Below, in pieces: positions 19,173 to 28,167 of a stretch of 64,000 bases of DNA. The DNA is taken from IMG/VR virus record IMGVR_UViG_3300008262_000001. One strand, 5' to 3'. Numbering within the stretch: the first letter of the stretch is position 1; the number at the start of each line of letters is the position of its first letter. A program made the translations under genes and the position numbers. The notes beneath the pieces are model-generated. The model did not search any database and was not told the DNA's origin. It worked only from the letters and a program-made list of their open reading frames with translations. This stretch comes from a virus. Lineage: Duplodnaviria > Caudoviricetes.

Positions 19173-20237
19173 TTAAGAGTTTCGATCCCACCAAGGTTTC
19201 TGGTAAACTGGTTTGATGTTTTTCCAAATTATTTTGGAATAATCTTTCCCGTCGATCATAGCAAATATCAAGGATCTATTCAAAGAAGTTTCTAGGTTTA
19301 AAATATCTGCTATTTCCTTCCTGGATAATTCTTTGTCCTTAATCCTCTTATCCATAATTTCAATAGCTCTATCCTCTCTGACTTGATATTGAATTTTCAA
19401 ATCCCGAATGGTATTTCTAACCCACTTATCAAATTCGTCAGGAACCTTTTCAAGCATCAAGTTTAAATCCTTACCTAAAGACAAAGACTCCCAGATATCA
19501 ACATTTGAAAAATTGGTTATGAGTTTATGAAGTCTAACATATTCTTCCCCTTTGATTTTGATTCTATCACCATTGGAAAATCTAATCACAAAACCTTCCT
19601 CATTATCTTTGATTATGCTTTTAAGTGATTGGTAATCTTTAACTCCATCAAATTTCTTGACAACTTTAAATCCGATGTTGTGAATCAAATTTTTAAGTCT
19701 TATATCTTTCTCTGGATCATGTAAATCAACTTCATAACCAGTTTGTGTATGAACCATTCCTAACATGACCAAATTTTCAAAGTCATATTCTACAACTATC
19801 CTATTTTCTTTGTATATAATTTCAAAAAGATAAGTGTAGTCTTTATGAAGCTTTTCATAATCGTATGCTTTTAATAAATCGGAAGCCTTAAGAGATTGGG
19901 TAGAAGTAAAAGATCCCCTAGATGCCAAAATCCATTGTCCCTCATAATGGAATAAAATTCCTAAAGAACCATCAAGTTTCTCATAAACATCAAAATCATC
20001 AGTGGGTGTAAATCTTGCTTCCTCTAGGTTAAAAAACTTGGGAAAAGTTCGGGCAAGTAAATTTCCTGACTGGTCTAAAACTGTTCCCCTCATGTTTAAG
20101 GTGATATGATCCCAATTTTCAGAAAACTGACATTCTCTAGAATAATTATAAATAGCTATAGGAAATAGAGGATGATCGTTTTTTTCTAACAGACCATCAT
20201 CAACGTACTTTTGAATTAAGTCAATATCATAGGTCAT
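19173..20237 (-). CDS. T4 Rnl1-like RNA ligase (start probably ATG 20237)
   Basis: FPKFFN, motif I YEKLDGSLG, FEIIY, EEGFVI, KIKGEEY. Confidence 0.88.
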   Translation of the reverse strand: MTYDIDLIQKYVDDGLLEKNDHPLFPIAIYNYSRECQFSENWDHITLNMRGTVLDQSGNLLARTFPKFFNLEEARFTPTDDFDVYEKLDGSLGILFHYEGQWILASRGSFTSTQSLKASDLLKAYDYEKLHKDYTYLFEIIYKENRIVVEYDFENLVMLGMVHTQTGYEVDLHDPEKDIRLKNLIHNIGFKVVKKFDGVKDYQSLKSIIKDNEEGFVIRFSNGDRIKIKGEEYVRLHKLITNFSNVDIWESLSLGKDLNLMLEKVPDEFDKWVRNTIRDLKIQYQVREDRAIEIMDKRIKDKELSRKEIADILNLETSLNRSLIFAMIDGKDYSKIIWKNIKPVYQKPWWDRNS

Positions 20238-20465
20238 GGCTAAGTAATTTGTCTTATAATGCAAGAATAACAGAAAAATCCCAAATAAAAAAATCCAGCC
20301 AAAAAAGCTGGATTTTTCTTTATATAGAGAAGCTGAATTAGTGATTTCACTCACTAATTTGCTGAGGATATTGAATATACTGCTCAATAAAGAAAAATTT
20401 CACACATTCGTGAAAATTTCTCGGAGTTCGCGAGAATAATGAATATATAAAGAAAAACCTTCTAG

Positions 20466-21071
20466 ATGAAAAAGTATCAAGATTTTAAAAAAATCCAAGA
20501 AGTTAGAAAACCAAAGAAATGTCCGGTATTAAGTTTCCGCCCACTAAGAGATTCTGAAACATTCCAAGATATGTTGGCAATGGGATTTGTTGAAGCACTT
20601 CCAGAAAAGCCAGCAGGAATCGAAACTGAAGGTCCATCAGAACAAAGAAATTTCAAAGATAGATTAGGTAATATTGCATTTTATCACCCAGATTTTTCTT
20701 GGATGACCAAAAGCACTGGATATCCACACTTCAATATCATGCACAATGGAAGTGTGAGAATAGTAATAGGCAAAACTAAATCTTCAGAATTTCCAGGTTT
20801 AAACCAAGACTTAAGAAGAGCTTGTATGACAGTTGAAGATTACCTATTTAAAATGGGATTCTTGATTAAATATCTTTTAAAAGAAAAAGGACTACAAATC
20901 AATGATCAGGAACTTTATGGAGAGGAGTCTTATAAGGATTTGATTTTAAGAAAAATCAAAGAAGACCCAAGTGCTGCTAAAAACATAGAAATACCTCCAA
21001 GCTTGAAAAAATCTGATGACACTGCTATGGGTGCAAGTGTTATTAAAAGATTTGGTGGATTCGGTGCTTAG
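20466..21071 (+). CDS. Hypothetical protein of the C-terminal-motif family
   Basis: Leader MKKYQDFKKIQE; C-terminus DTAMGASVIKRFGGFGA. Confidence 0.78.
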   Translation: MKKYQDFKKIQEVRKPKKCPVLSFRPLRDSETFQDMLAMGFVEALPEKPAGIETEGPSEQRNFKDRLGNIAFYHPDFSWMTKSTGYPHFNIMHNGSVRIVIGKTKSSEFPGLNQDLRRACMTVEDYLFKMGFLIKYLLKEKGLQINDQELYGEESYKDLILRKIKEDPSAAKNIEIPPSLKKSDDTAMGASVIKRFGGFGA

Positions 21072-21105
21072 TATTTCTGAAACCCATAATTAATTAAACT
21101 GAATT

Positions 21106-21711
21106 TTGGAATTATTACAGATTATAATAACCGGATTATTCTCTACGATTGTTGCATTGGGATCAATCTGGCTAAAACATTATCTTGATCAAAGGAAGAA
21201 AAATTCTGAGGAATCACAATACGAAAGGATTTCGCAGCAGGATGTTGATTCAATGCTAGAAATACAGAATTTCATAGATAACTTTAGAGAGGTATGGAAT
21301 CTGGATCGAGTAGGTATATTTCAGTTCCATAATGGAGGAAAATTTTTCCATGGTGTACCAATGAAAAAGTATTCTCAAACTTTTGAATCAGTTTCCCATG
21401 GTGTATCAAAATCAAAAGAACATAATCAAAGTGTTTTTGTAACTGAGCATCCTTCTTTGATGAAGCACCTAAGTGAAAAAGATTTCTTTTCCGTCAATGC
21501 TGAGGATCCTGTTCTTGATTACATAAGGGGTAGAGTGACAGAGGATGGGATTTTGCAAGTGTCTTCAGCCCCAATCAGGACTCTCTCAGGTCAGTTGATA
21601 GGCTTTGTACAACTACACACAGTTAAGCATAAAATAGAATTCACTGAGGAATTAGAAGAAGCTGTTACAGTTCTTGTTTCTAATCTATCAGGATATCTTA
21701 TCAAAAAATGA
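21106..21711 (+). CDS. Putative holin: single N-terminal TM helix plus GAF-like domain (T4 gpT-like architecture)
   Basis: TM segment IIITGLFSTIVALGSIWL; DRVGIFQFHNGG; SAPIRTLSGQLIGFV. Confidence 0.55.
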   Translation: MELLQIIITGLFSTIVALGSIWLKHYLDQRKKNSEESQYERISQQDVDSMLEIQNFIDNFREVWNLDRVGIFQFHNGGKFFHGVPMKKYSQTFESVSHGVSKSKEHNQSVFVTEHPSLMKHLSEKDFFSVNAEDPVLDYIRGRVTEDGILQVSSAPIRTLSGQLIGFVQLHTVKHKIEFTEELEEAVTVLVSNLSGYLIKK

Positions 21712-22601
21712 AACTAAGAAGACTAAATGAAAATTTAGAAAAATCAGAAGTCATATCCTGGTTAAGGGAGAATGTGGTCACCTATATTAAAGAAGACCAA
21801 ATAGATATCATCGGAGGTGAGGTCAAAATAAACTCCAGGGTTTCTTTTAAGATCAAAACAATCCCTAATTTCAAGTTTTCTGAAATAAATGGGGATGTTA
21901 GGGTATTCAATAGTGAGAATTTAACAGACTTCTCTTGGATGCCTAGAGAAATCAAAGGTGATTTTATTATTACTAAGTGCTCTATTTTAGATTTTAAAGG
22001 ATTTCCAACCAAGGTAGATGGATTATTTGAAGTTGTAGATTGTAAAGGGTTTAAATCTTTCAACGGGTTAAAACTTCACGTCACAGAATCAATTACTTTT
22101 TACAACCTTCCAGATTTAGAATTTTTAGATTGCTACAATGTAACGTTCTCAAAAGGTGGTTTACTAATAAAAGAATGCCCAATTAAGATTTTAGAAGGAT
22201 TACCCAAGATGGTTAATTCTGATAAGTGTCCTTGGATTAATATAAGAAAAGCACTTATAAAGGATTTAGTTGGGCTTCCTTCTTGTGTTGGCTACTTGTA
22301 CATTTCTAATTGTCCAAATCTGGAATCAATAGAAGGAATTCCTTTTGTTGTTAAAAATGTAGAACACGACTCTGCTGGTGATGCTATTGTGATTCAAAGC
22401 CGCAATGAAAAGGTTACAAAAGGATATGAAATCTATTTGGAAACTATTCAAAAATATCCACCAGAAAAAGAAGAAACAAGATCCCAATATATTTCAAGAG
22501 TCTATAAGGATGTTCCAGAAATGGCTACATTCCTTACAAAGGAAGAGATCCCTACAGATTTCTCTGGTGCAAGACTAATTAAAAGGCTCGGGGGTTTCTA
22601 A
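21708..22601 (+). CDS. Leucine-rich-repeat-like protein of the C-terminal-motif family
   Basis: Repeats LxGLPxxV and LESIEGIP; C-terminus DFSGARLIKRLGGF. Confidence 0.7.
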   Translation: MKLRRLNENLEKSEVISWLRENVVTYIKEDQIDIIGGEVKINSRVSFKIKTIPNFKFSEINGDVRVFNSENLTDFSWMPREIKGDFIITKCSILDFKGFPTKVDGLFEVVDCKGFKSFNGLKLHVTESITFYNLPDLEFLDCYNVTFSKGGLLIKECPIKILEGLPKMVNSDKCPWINIRKALIKDLVGLPSCVGYLYISNCPNLESIEGIPFVVKNVEHDSAGDAIVIQSRNEKVTKGYEIYLETIQKYPPEKEETRSQYISRVYKDVPEMATFLTKEEIPTDFSGARLIKRLGGF

Positions 22602-22840
22602 AAAGGAAGATCCATAAGGACCATTTCGATATGGTCTTGGTTTGCTCCATTATCAATCATAGCTTCGACCATTTCTGAAGATTGCATTTTATCAAGGAAA
22701 GAAGACCTTTCTTTAATCAAACATTCAGAAACCTCCTCACTCAAAGAGTCGTCCCATAATTCATAAAAATAACCCAGAGCATGATCCCAACCATAAACGA
22801 ATTTTTTGCTCTCTTCTAAATCTACACTGTATCTGCTCAT
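22598..22840 (-). CDS. Hypothetical protein
   Basis: 80-aa ORF, VYGWDHALGYF. Confidence 0.7.
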   Translation of the reverse strand: MSRYSVDLEESKKFVYGWDHALGYFYELWDDSLSEEVSECLIKERSSFLDKMQSSEMVEAMIDNGANQDHIEMVLMDLPF

Positions 22841-22853
22841 AATAGAATAAAAT

Positions 22854-23216
22854 TTATATCAGTTGTTTTTGTTTATTTTTAAGCTCGTTATTGAGATATT
22901 TTGCTAATACTTGACCATGACAAAGGAAATTCTTTTCGGATCCGTCTGCAGGCTTATTACAGCACCAACAGCCTAGTATCTTGCCCTTTAGTTCACTTAT
23001 ATCATTAATTAGTCCGCTGGAATGAAGATAATTCTCAAATTTTTCAATTGCTTCTTTCCTATTTGCAACTTGGAATTGTGCCTTTGTTTTTTCTAGATCT
23101 TTGTGTGTAAAGGGATTGGACCATTTACTTGGCCTTCCTATATAGACATCATGTGGAAATTTCTTAAAATGAACCACATAAGTTATCCCTTCCTCCCTTT
23201 CAAATTCTTCCATCAT
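22854..23216 (-). CDS. DUF4326 family protein
   Basis: DVYIGRPSKWSNPF, LKGKILGCWC, CHGQVL. Confidence 0.88.
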   Translation of the reverse strand: MMEEFEREEGITYVVHFKKFPHDVYIGRPSKWSNPFTHKDLEKTKAQFQVANRKEAIEKFENYLHSSGLINDISELKGKILGCWCCNKPADGSEKNFLCHGQVLAKYLNNELKNKQKQLI

Positions 23217-23365
23217 TTGATTCTAATTATACTCATCCCTTCAATTTCCCCTATAGAGAAAGTTCCAGACGGAAGATTTCTTAAACATGCCACACAGTAC
23301 ATATAAGCAGTCCACCTTTCTAAAGGCATTCCATTAGCTTCAGGTACTTCTATGATGTTTTCCAT
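23213..23365 (-). CDS. Small hypothetical protein (50 aa), not in the ORF track
   Basis: ATGA overlap with 23216; TACATTTG box at 23370-23377. Confidence 0.5.
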   Translation of the reverse strand: MENIIEVPEANGMPLERWTAYMYCVACLRNLPSGTFSIGEIEGMSIIRIK

Positions 23366-23394
23366 ATTCCAAATGTAATAAAATTATCACAAAT

Positions 23395-23417
23395 AAAAAA
23401 AGCCCGTAAGGGCTTTT
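23395..23417. terminator. Intrinsic terminator directly after the tmRNA CCA end
   Basis: AAAAAAAGCCCGTAAGGGCTTTT. Confidence 0.8.
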
Positions 23418-23857
23418 GGTGGATCCGGGGGGATTCGAACCCCCATCTTGCTCAACAAGTTAATTGCGCTCTTTCACAGGCTTAGTCAATTTTTCTAAAT
23501 GGACAAAATAGCTATCAATTTTTGGAAGGAAGATAACAATCCTTGGTTTTTGCATTTATTTGTCCACTTAATGCTCAGTGGCATTTACTCTTCGGTATGA
23601 GCCGAATTTCATGAGGTTGTAACTTTTTTTAAATCCAGGCAGTTACCGCCTGTCGCTTAAGCTGCTAATAGCAACTCAGCTTCTTCCATTACTGGCACAG
23701 TGTAACCTTTGCGAGAAAGAGAAGTTGGGATACTCATGATATCCTCTACATTGTAAACGTTGCCGTTTGAGGTTTGATAGGTAATTAAAGTGTTTCCATC
23801 TAACACTGCCTGCATCACATCAAAGAACTCTATTGCCAATCAATTCCGATCGGACCC
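23417..23857 (-). ncRNA. ssrA: tmRNA (transfer-messenger RNA), 441 nt
   Basis: 5' GGGTCCG pairs with 3' CGGATCC-A-CCA including a G3:U wobble; T arm GGGGG-TTCGAAT-CCCCC; PK1-like AGTGTT/AACACT stem with GATGG/CTATC; internal frame ending LLLAA-TAA. Confidence 0.93.
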
Positions 23858-23917
23858 ATATATCTTTCATATTTATCCAAATTGACAAAGTTTCTATCCA
23901 TAACAGAAAAAATTAAT

Positions 23918-23925
23918 TATCTTTG
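23918..23925 (+). promoter_or_regulatory. Bacteroidota-type -7 element TATCTTTG upstream of the umuD-like gene
   Basis: TAnnTTTG 5 nt before ATG 23931. Confidence 0.6.
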
Positions 23926-23930
23926 TATCG

Positions 23931-24248
23931 ATGGAAGGATTTAAAATAAACACAAAAACAACAGGATTTGGATCTCCAGCAAGAGCATATGTTGACAAGA
24001 GATTAGATACAAATGATCTCTTAATAAAAGATCCCTATTGCACATTCTTTTTCCTTTGGGAAGGTGAAGAAAAATTTGGAATAAAAAAAGGAGATCATCT
24101 CATTGTTGATCGTTCCATTTATCCAAATCAAGATGACCTTGTTCTTTCAACAGAAGAAGGAAAAATAACAGTAGCATTCTACAGACAAATAGATCCAAAA
24201 AATTTATGGGGTACAATCACATGGAAATTAAATCAGATAAAAAAATAG
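23931..24248 (+). CDS. umuD: UmuD-like protein, short and lacking the S24 catalytic residues
   Basis: GFGSPA...LDTNDLLI...GI..GD.LIVDRS; directly upstream of umuC. Confidence 0.75.
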   Translation: MEGFKINTKTTGFGSPARAYVDKRLDTNDLLIKDPYCTFFFLWEGEEKFGIKKGDHLIVDRSIYPNQDDLVLSTEEGKITVAFYRQIDPKNLWGTITWKLNQIKK

Positions 24249-25411
24249 CCATATTAGATTGCAACAACTTCTATGTGAGCTGTGAAAGAATTTTTAATCC
24301 AGAAATTCTAACAACACCAACTGTAGTGCTTTCCAATAATGACGGATGCGTTATAGCAAGAAGTCAAGAGGTTAAAAAAATTGGTGTTGGAAAAGGAAGT
24401 CCTTATTTTCAAATAGATGACTCGTTAAAAGAAAGCATCAGAAAATTTTCTTCCAACTATTCTTTATATGGGGACATCTCAGATCGCATAAACAATATCT
24501 TGAAAAGATTTTGTAAAGACGTAGAAATCTATTCTATTGACGAGTGTTTCTTAGACGTAAGCCACCTAAGTGAAAAAGATCTAGTGCCTTACCTAACTTT
24601 AATGAGAGAAGAAATTCAAAGGTTAGTTGGAATTCCAGTTTCAATTGGGGTAGCTCCAAATAAAACACTTTCCAAAATAATGAATGGCTTTGCTAAAAAA
24701 AGAACAGAGCTAAATGGTGTGTGTTCATATTGGGACATTCAAAGCATAGATGATATGCACATAAGCGAAGTGTGGGGTATAGGTGATAGGTCTTCAGAAA
24801 AATTGAATTCCCTATCTGTAAATACAATAGGGGATTTTAAAAAATTACAGCCTTTCCATGTTAGAAAATTAATGACAGTGGTTGGCTTAAGAACATGGCT
24901 TGAGCTTCATGAAAACCTAGTCCACCCAATCCAAACAAAGTTTAAAAAACCAAAGGTTGTCTCATCATCTAGAAGCTTCGGAAAATCCGTTTGGCAAAAA
25001 GAACAAGTCCAAGATTCAATATGGACATTTCTCGAGGACTCAATCAAAAAATTAAAGTCAGAAGGGTTAAAGGGTAACACTGTAGTAATCTACGCAACCA
25101 CAAATAGGTTCAAGGATAATTTCTTTGTTTGGTCAAAAAAGATATTCCTAATGAATCCATCGAATAACATCCAAGATGTATGGGATGAATTACAAGAACA
25201 TATGGAAAATCTTCCTCTAAAGCCTTGGGAAAAAGCAGGAGTTATTTTTACAGATCTGGTTCCAGAGAATGTTATATCACCTAGAATATTCCAGGACGAT
25301 ATCCAAAGAAAAAATAGACCAAGCGTAACAAATCAAGAGTGGATGACAAGAAGAGAATTTCTCTCTCCCAAATGGACTACTGACTGGAATGATATCCCAA
25401 AGATAAATTAA
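24206..25411 (+). CDS. umuC: Y-family DNA polymerase, UmuC/Pol V-like
   Basis: LDCNNFYVSCE, VLSNNDGCVIARS, YSIDECFLD, SSRSFG, DUF4113-like tail LSPKWTT. Confidence 0.93.
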   Translation: MGYNHMEIKSDKKIAILDCNNFYVSCERIFNPEILTTPTVVLSNNDGCVIARSQEVKKIGVGKGSPYFQIDDSLKESIRKFSSNYSLYGDISDRINNILKRFCKDVEIYSIDECFLDVSHLSEKDLVPYLTLMREEIQRLVGIPVSIGVAPNKTLSKIMNGFAKKRTELNGVCSYWDIQSIDDMHISEVWGIGDRSSEKLNSLSVNTIGDFKKLQPFHVRKLMTVVGLRTWLELHENLVHPIQTKFKKPKVVSSSRSFGKSVWQKEQVQDSIWTFLEDSIKKLKSEGLKGNTVVIYATTNRFKDNFFVWSKKIFLMNPSNNIQDVWDELQEHMENLPLKPWEKAGVIFTDLVPENVISPRIFQDDIQRKNRPSVTNQEWMTRREFLSPKWTTDWNDIPKIN

Positions 25412-26136
25412 GGTCTGAAGAAGACTTCATCGGCCAATCCTAAATCTACAGTTTCTCTTGAGGTTAGGATGGTATCAAAATTAAGCATCTCTCTTAGTAC
25501 TTCCCTTACTTCTTCTCTTTTCACCTTAAGAGATCTTGAGAATTTGTAAGCAGAATTTCCAGGATTAGGATACTCTCTTGACTTGAGTCTGGTCATAATT
25601 GAAGAGATTATTCTGGCAAGATATCCTGTTCCCTCTTCTTCCTCTTTAGCCATCATGGAATCTAGATAAATGTTTTCCATCTCATAAAGAAGAACCTTGT
25701 TCTCTTCTGACCACTTCTCGTAGATTTTAGAATGGTTGTTTATTGCGTTGTAACCATAGTGTATCATAAATCTAGAATTGGGCATCATTACTCGGTGATC
25801 AGCAGCTTGTAAAATAACACTACCCATACTCATGGCATGACCAAAGACCTTTATAGTACAAAAACAACTAGATGATTTAATTGCATCATAAATTGCCATC
25901 CCATGGTACCAATCACCCCCTGGATTATTCATAATGATGGTCACCCCCTTCTCAGGATCTTTGGATTCTAAAAGGTACATGGCCTTGATAAAATACTCGG
26001 CCATGAAACTGTCAACACCTGACTCACCCTCCGAATTATTGTAAACACTGCCCATGTAGATAATTCTAGAATCTACATCAACGTTGTAATCGAATAAATT
26101 TTGAACTGAGTCGTTATCTTTAATTCTTTTAGCCAT
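25408..26136 (-). CDS. clpP: ClpP-like serine protease
   Basis: NNPGG, AMSMGS (Ser), MIHY (His), DTIL...DLGLAD (Asp). Confidence 0.85.
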   Translation of the reverse strand: MAKRIKDNDSVQNLFDYNVDVDSRIIYMGSVYNNSEGESGVDSFMAEYFIKAMYLLESKDPEKGVTIIMNNPGGDWYHGMAIYDAIKSSSCFCTIKVFGHAMSMGSVILQAADHRVMMPNSRFMIHYGYNAINNHSKIYEKWSEENKVLLYEMENIYLDSMMAKEEEEGTGYLARIISSIMTRLKSREYPNPGNSAYKFSRSLKVKREEVREVLREMLNFDTILTSRETVDLGLADEVFFRP

Positions 26137-26177
26137 CTATAATATTTATACAGTTTAGCCCCCTTCGGAGTTTCTAC

Positions 26178-26567
26178 TTAGAGTCTAACCTCAAACCTTT
26201 CACGCATGATCTCTATTTTATCATCAGGACAGCCATGTATGTTTTGGCCCTTGTGTCTATTTTCTACTATTATAGAAAAAACCACATAACCCAATTCCTC
26301 CGCCATAAGATAGTAAGCACTCATTTCCCAATCCATGGTAAATGTGTTAGAAACTACTACTTTTGGTGAACCCTCTTTCATAGCTGACATGACATTATGT
26401 CTGCACCAATTGTGGGCTTCTTTGATTAGTTCGGGCTTAAAATCATAGCTACCGTCCTCCCCTACAAAAAACATATCAGCTTCAAAGTGATCTCCCCCTA
26501 ACTGTTTTGCAAATGTTGATTTTCCACTCCCAGGTAGTCCACGAACAAGATAAAGTACTCTATCCAT
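26178..26567 (-). CDS. AAA_33 P-loop kinase, polynucleotide-kinase-like (start probably ATG 26567)
   Basis: RGLPGSGKST, VVSNTF, HGCP. Confidence 0.85.
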   Translation of the reverse strand: MDRVLYLVRGLPGSGKSTFAKQLGGDHFEADMFFVGEDGSYDFKPELIKEAHNWCRHNVMSAMKEGSPKVVVSNTFTMDWEMSAYYLMAEELGYVVFSIIVENRHKGQNIHGCPDDKIEIMRERFEVRL

Positions 26568-26568
26568 A

Positions 26569-27264
26569 TTAATAATGTTTTCTAAATAATGAAACCACGT
26601 CCCAAGCATCGTAGATCGAGTCATGTGTAACTATTCCTTCGATTTGGGCTCTTTCTTTACATTGTGCAAGATCAGGAGCAGAAGTGTCGTTTTCCCAATC
26701 AATGAAAAGAACACTCGGATCCAATACGCGTTGTCTGAATCTTACAAGATAATAGAACTTTTCAATTTGGTCTATAAATTTTTTATCAAATGTTGCAAAG
26801 TTCTTACCTGCAGCATTCACAGTTATTGGCCCTTCAGCTTCACGGATTTCTGCAACCATTTTTATTGATTTATCAGATTGCAGTCGATTACACCAATGGA
26901 TAGGATCTAAGAGATTAAGATACTCTTGCTTTTCCTGATGATGAACAAGGTTCCAGAGATAAAAATAAGAAGCGACTGCTGAAGATTGTAAGAAGATGCC
27001 GTTAACAGATTCACCAAAACCTATTTTTTCTTCATCAGTTTTAAGACCCAAAAATCTAGAAATTGAAGCTATGATTTTTGAGTTCATGTTGATGGCATAA
27101 GGGCTTCCAATAATTTCATCCCTTAAAACATAAACGTTAAGTTTAGGACAAGCTTCAAATTCTAACTTTTTTGAAGTGTCCTCCAAAATTGCAGAGAAGG
27201 TTAGAATGTGGTGTTTTACCGGATCCAGTCCTGTTGTTTCTAAATCAATCGATAGGTATTTCAT
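26569..27264 (-). CDS. DEDDh 3'-5' exonuclease
   Basis: SIDLETTG, GKNFATFD, VLD, HDSIYDA. Confidence 0.85.
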   Translation of the reverse strand: MKYLSIDLETTGLDPVKHHILTFSAILEDTSKKLEFEACPKLNVYVLRDEIIGSPYAINMNSKIIASISRFLGLKTDEEKIGFGESVNGIFLQSSAVASYFYLWNLVHHQEKQEYLNLLDPIHWCNRLQSDKSIKMVAEIREAEGPITVNAAGKNFATFDKKFIDQIEKFYYLVRFRQRVLDPSVLFIDWENDTSAPDLAQCKERAQIEGIVTHDSIYDAWDVVSLFRKHY

Positions 27265-27782
27265 ATATTGTTTGTTTTAAAATTAAATACTTTCTCAGAA
27301 TAGCTGTTAATACAAGGCTTACCAGTATTATAGCAGCCGAATACTGTTTTCCAATCCCCATATTTTTTATGAAGCTTTGAAAGAAGTTTCATTGATGTTT
27401 CCACATTGAAATCAATATCATTTAAAATTTTATCGTGTGGTATTTTTTTATTGTCCCACATGAGATTAGCAGTTCCAGGCATTATTTGCATTGGACCTAA
27501 AGCACCTGCGGGAGAAACTAAATTTGGTTTGTAATTCCACTGAAGAGGTCCAGCATATCCTGTTTCAACATAAGCAACACCTAAAGCATATCTTAAAGGT
27601 ATTCCGTATTTTTTTGAATGCTTTTCGATCGAGTTATACATCTGTACACATGCAGGAATATCATTATCAGAAATGCTTGAAAATTCTATTTGTGAGAATT
27701 GTTCGTTACCCAGTACATGCCGTAAGGGAACACTTAGCATACAGGTAAACAGAAGAACTAATAAAATATGGTAGTTTTTCAT
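27261..27782 (-). CDS. Lytic transglycosylase (SLT domain) with an N-terminal signal/anchor
   Basis: AYVETG, GALGPMQIMPGTA, YNTG. Confidence 0.88.
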   Translation of the reverse strand: MKNYHILLVLLFTCMLSVPLRHVLGNEQFSQIEFSSISDNDIPACVQMYNSIEKHSKKYGIPLRYALGVAYVETGYAGPLQWNYKPNLVSPAGALGPMQIMPGTANLMWDNKKIPHDKILNDIDFNVETSMKLLSKLHKKYGDWKTVFGCYNTGKPCINSYSEKVFNFKTNNI

Positions 27783-27787
27783 AATTC

Positions 27788-28105
27788 TTAATTTTGTTTT
27801 TTGTAGTCTGCTTGTAGATCCTTAGCATAGTGGTGAAATATTGAGATCCCCACAGAATCCTGGTAGATAGTAAAATCCCCAGATTTACGATCAATCAGGA
27901 GTAGCTCGCCTCTTTCATTTAAAGCTACAGAGGTTTCAGTAATGGTTTTGATGTCAGCACCCTTCCTGGAAGATTTAGTAAGATGATAAATCTCGCAAGA
28001 CAAATAACCTAAGATGGCAGCAAATAAGAACATACAAACCTTGCCTATCCTATTAACTGCTTCTTTAAAAGAAGAATAAAAACTTGAGAATTTACTAGTT
28101 TCCAT
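27788..28105 (-). CDS. Hypothetical membrane protein
   Basis: Single TM segment; TATCTTTG box at 28129-28136. Confidence 0.7.
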   Translation of the reverse strand: METSKFSSFYSSFKEAVNRIGKVCMFLFAAILGYLSCEIYHLTKSSRKGADIKTITETSVALNERGELLLIDRKSGDFTIYQDSVGISIFHHYAKDLQADYKKQN

Positions 28106-28167
28106 AATCTTTGCTTTTTAAGTTTAGACAAAGATAATAGAAAAAACCAGGATAAAAAAATGTTTTC

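Noticed and set aside
23657-23839. 60-aa ORF MAIEFFDV...ELLLAA as a protein-coding gene
   Set aside because: It lies wholly inside the tmRNA; its 3' part is the tag reading frame, and the TTG start overlaps the tRNA-like domain
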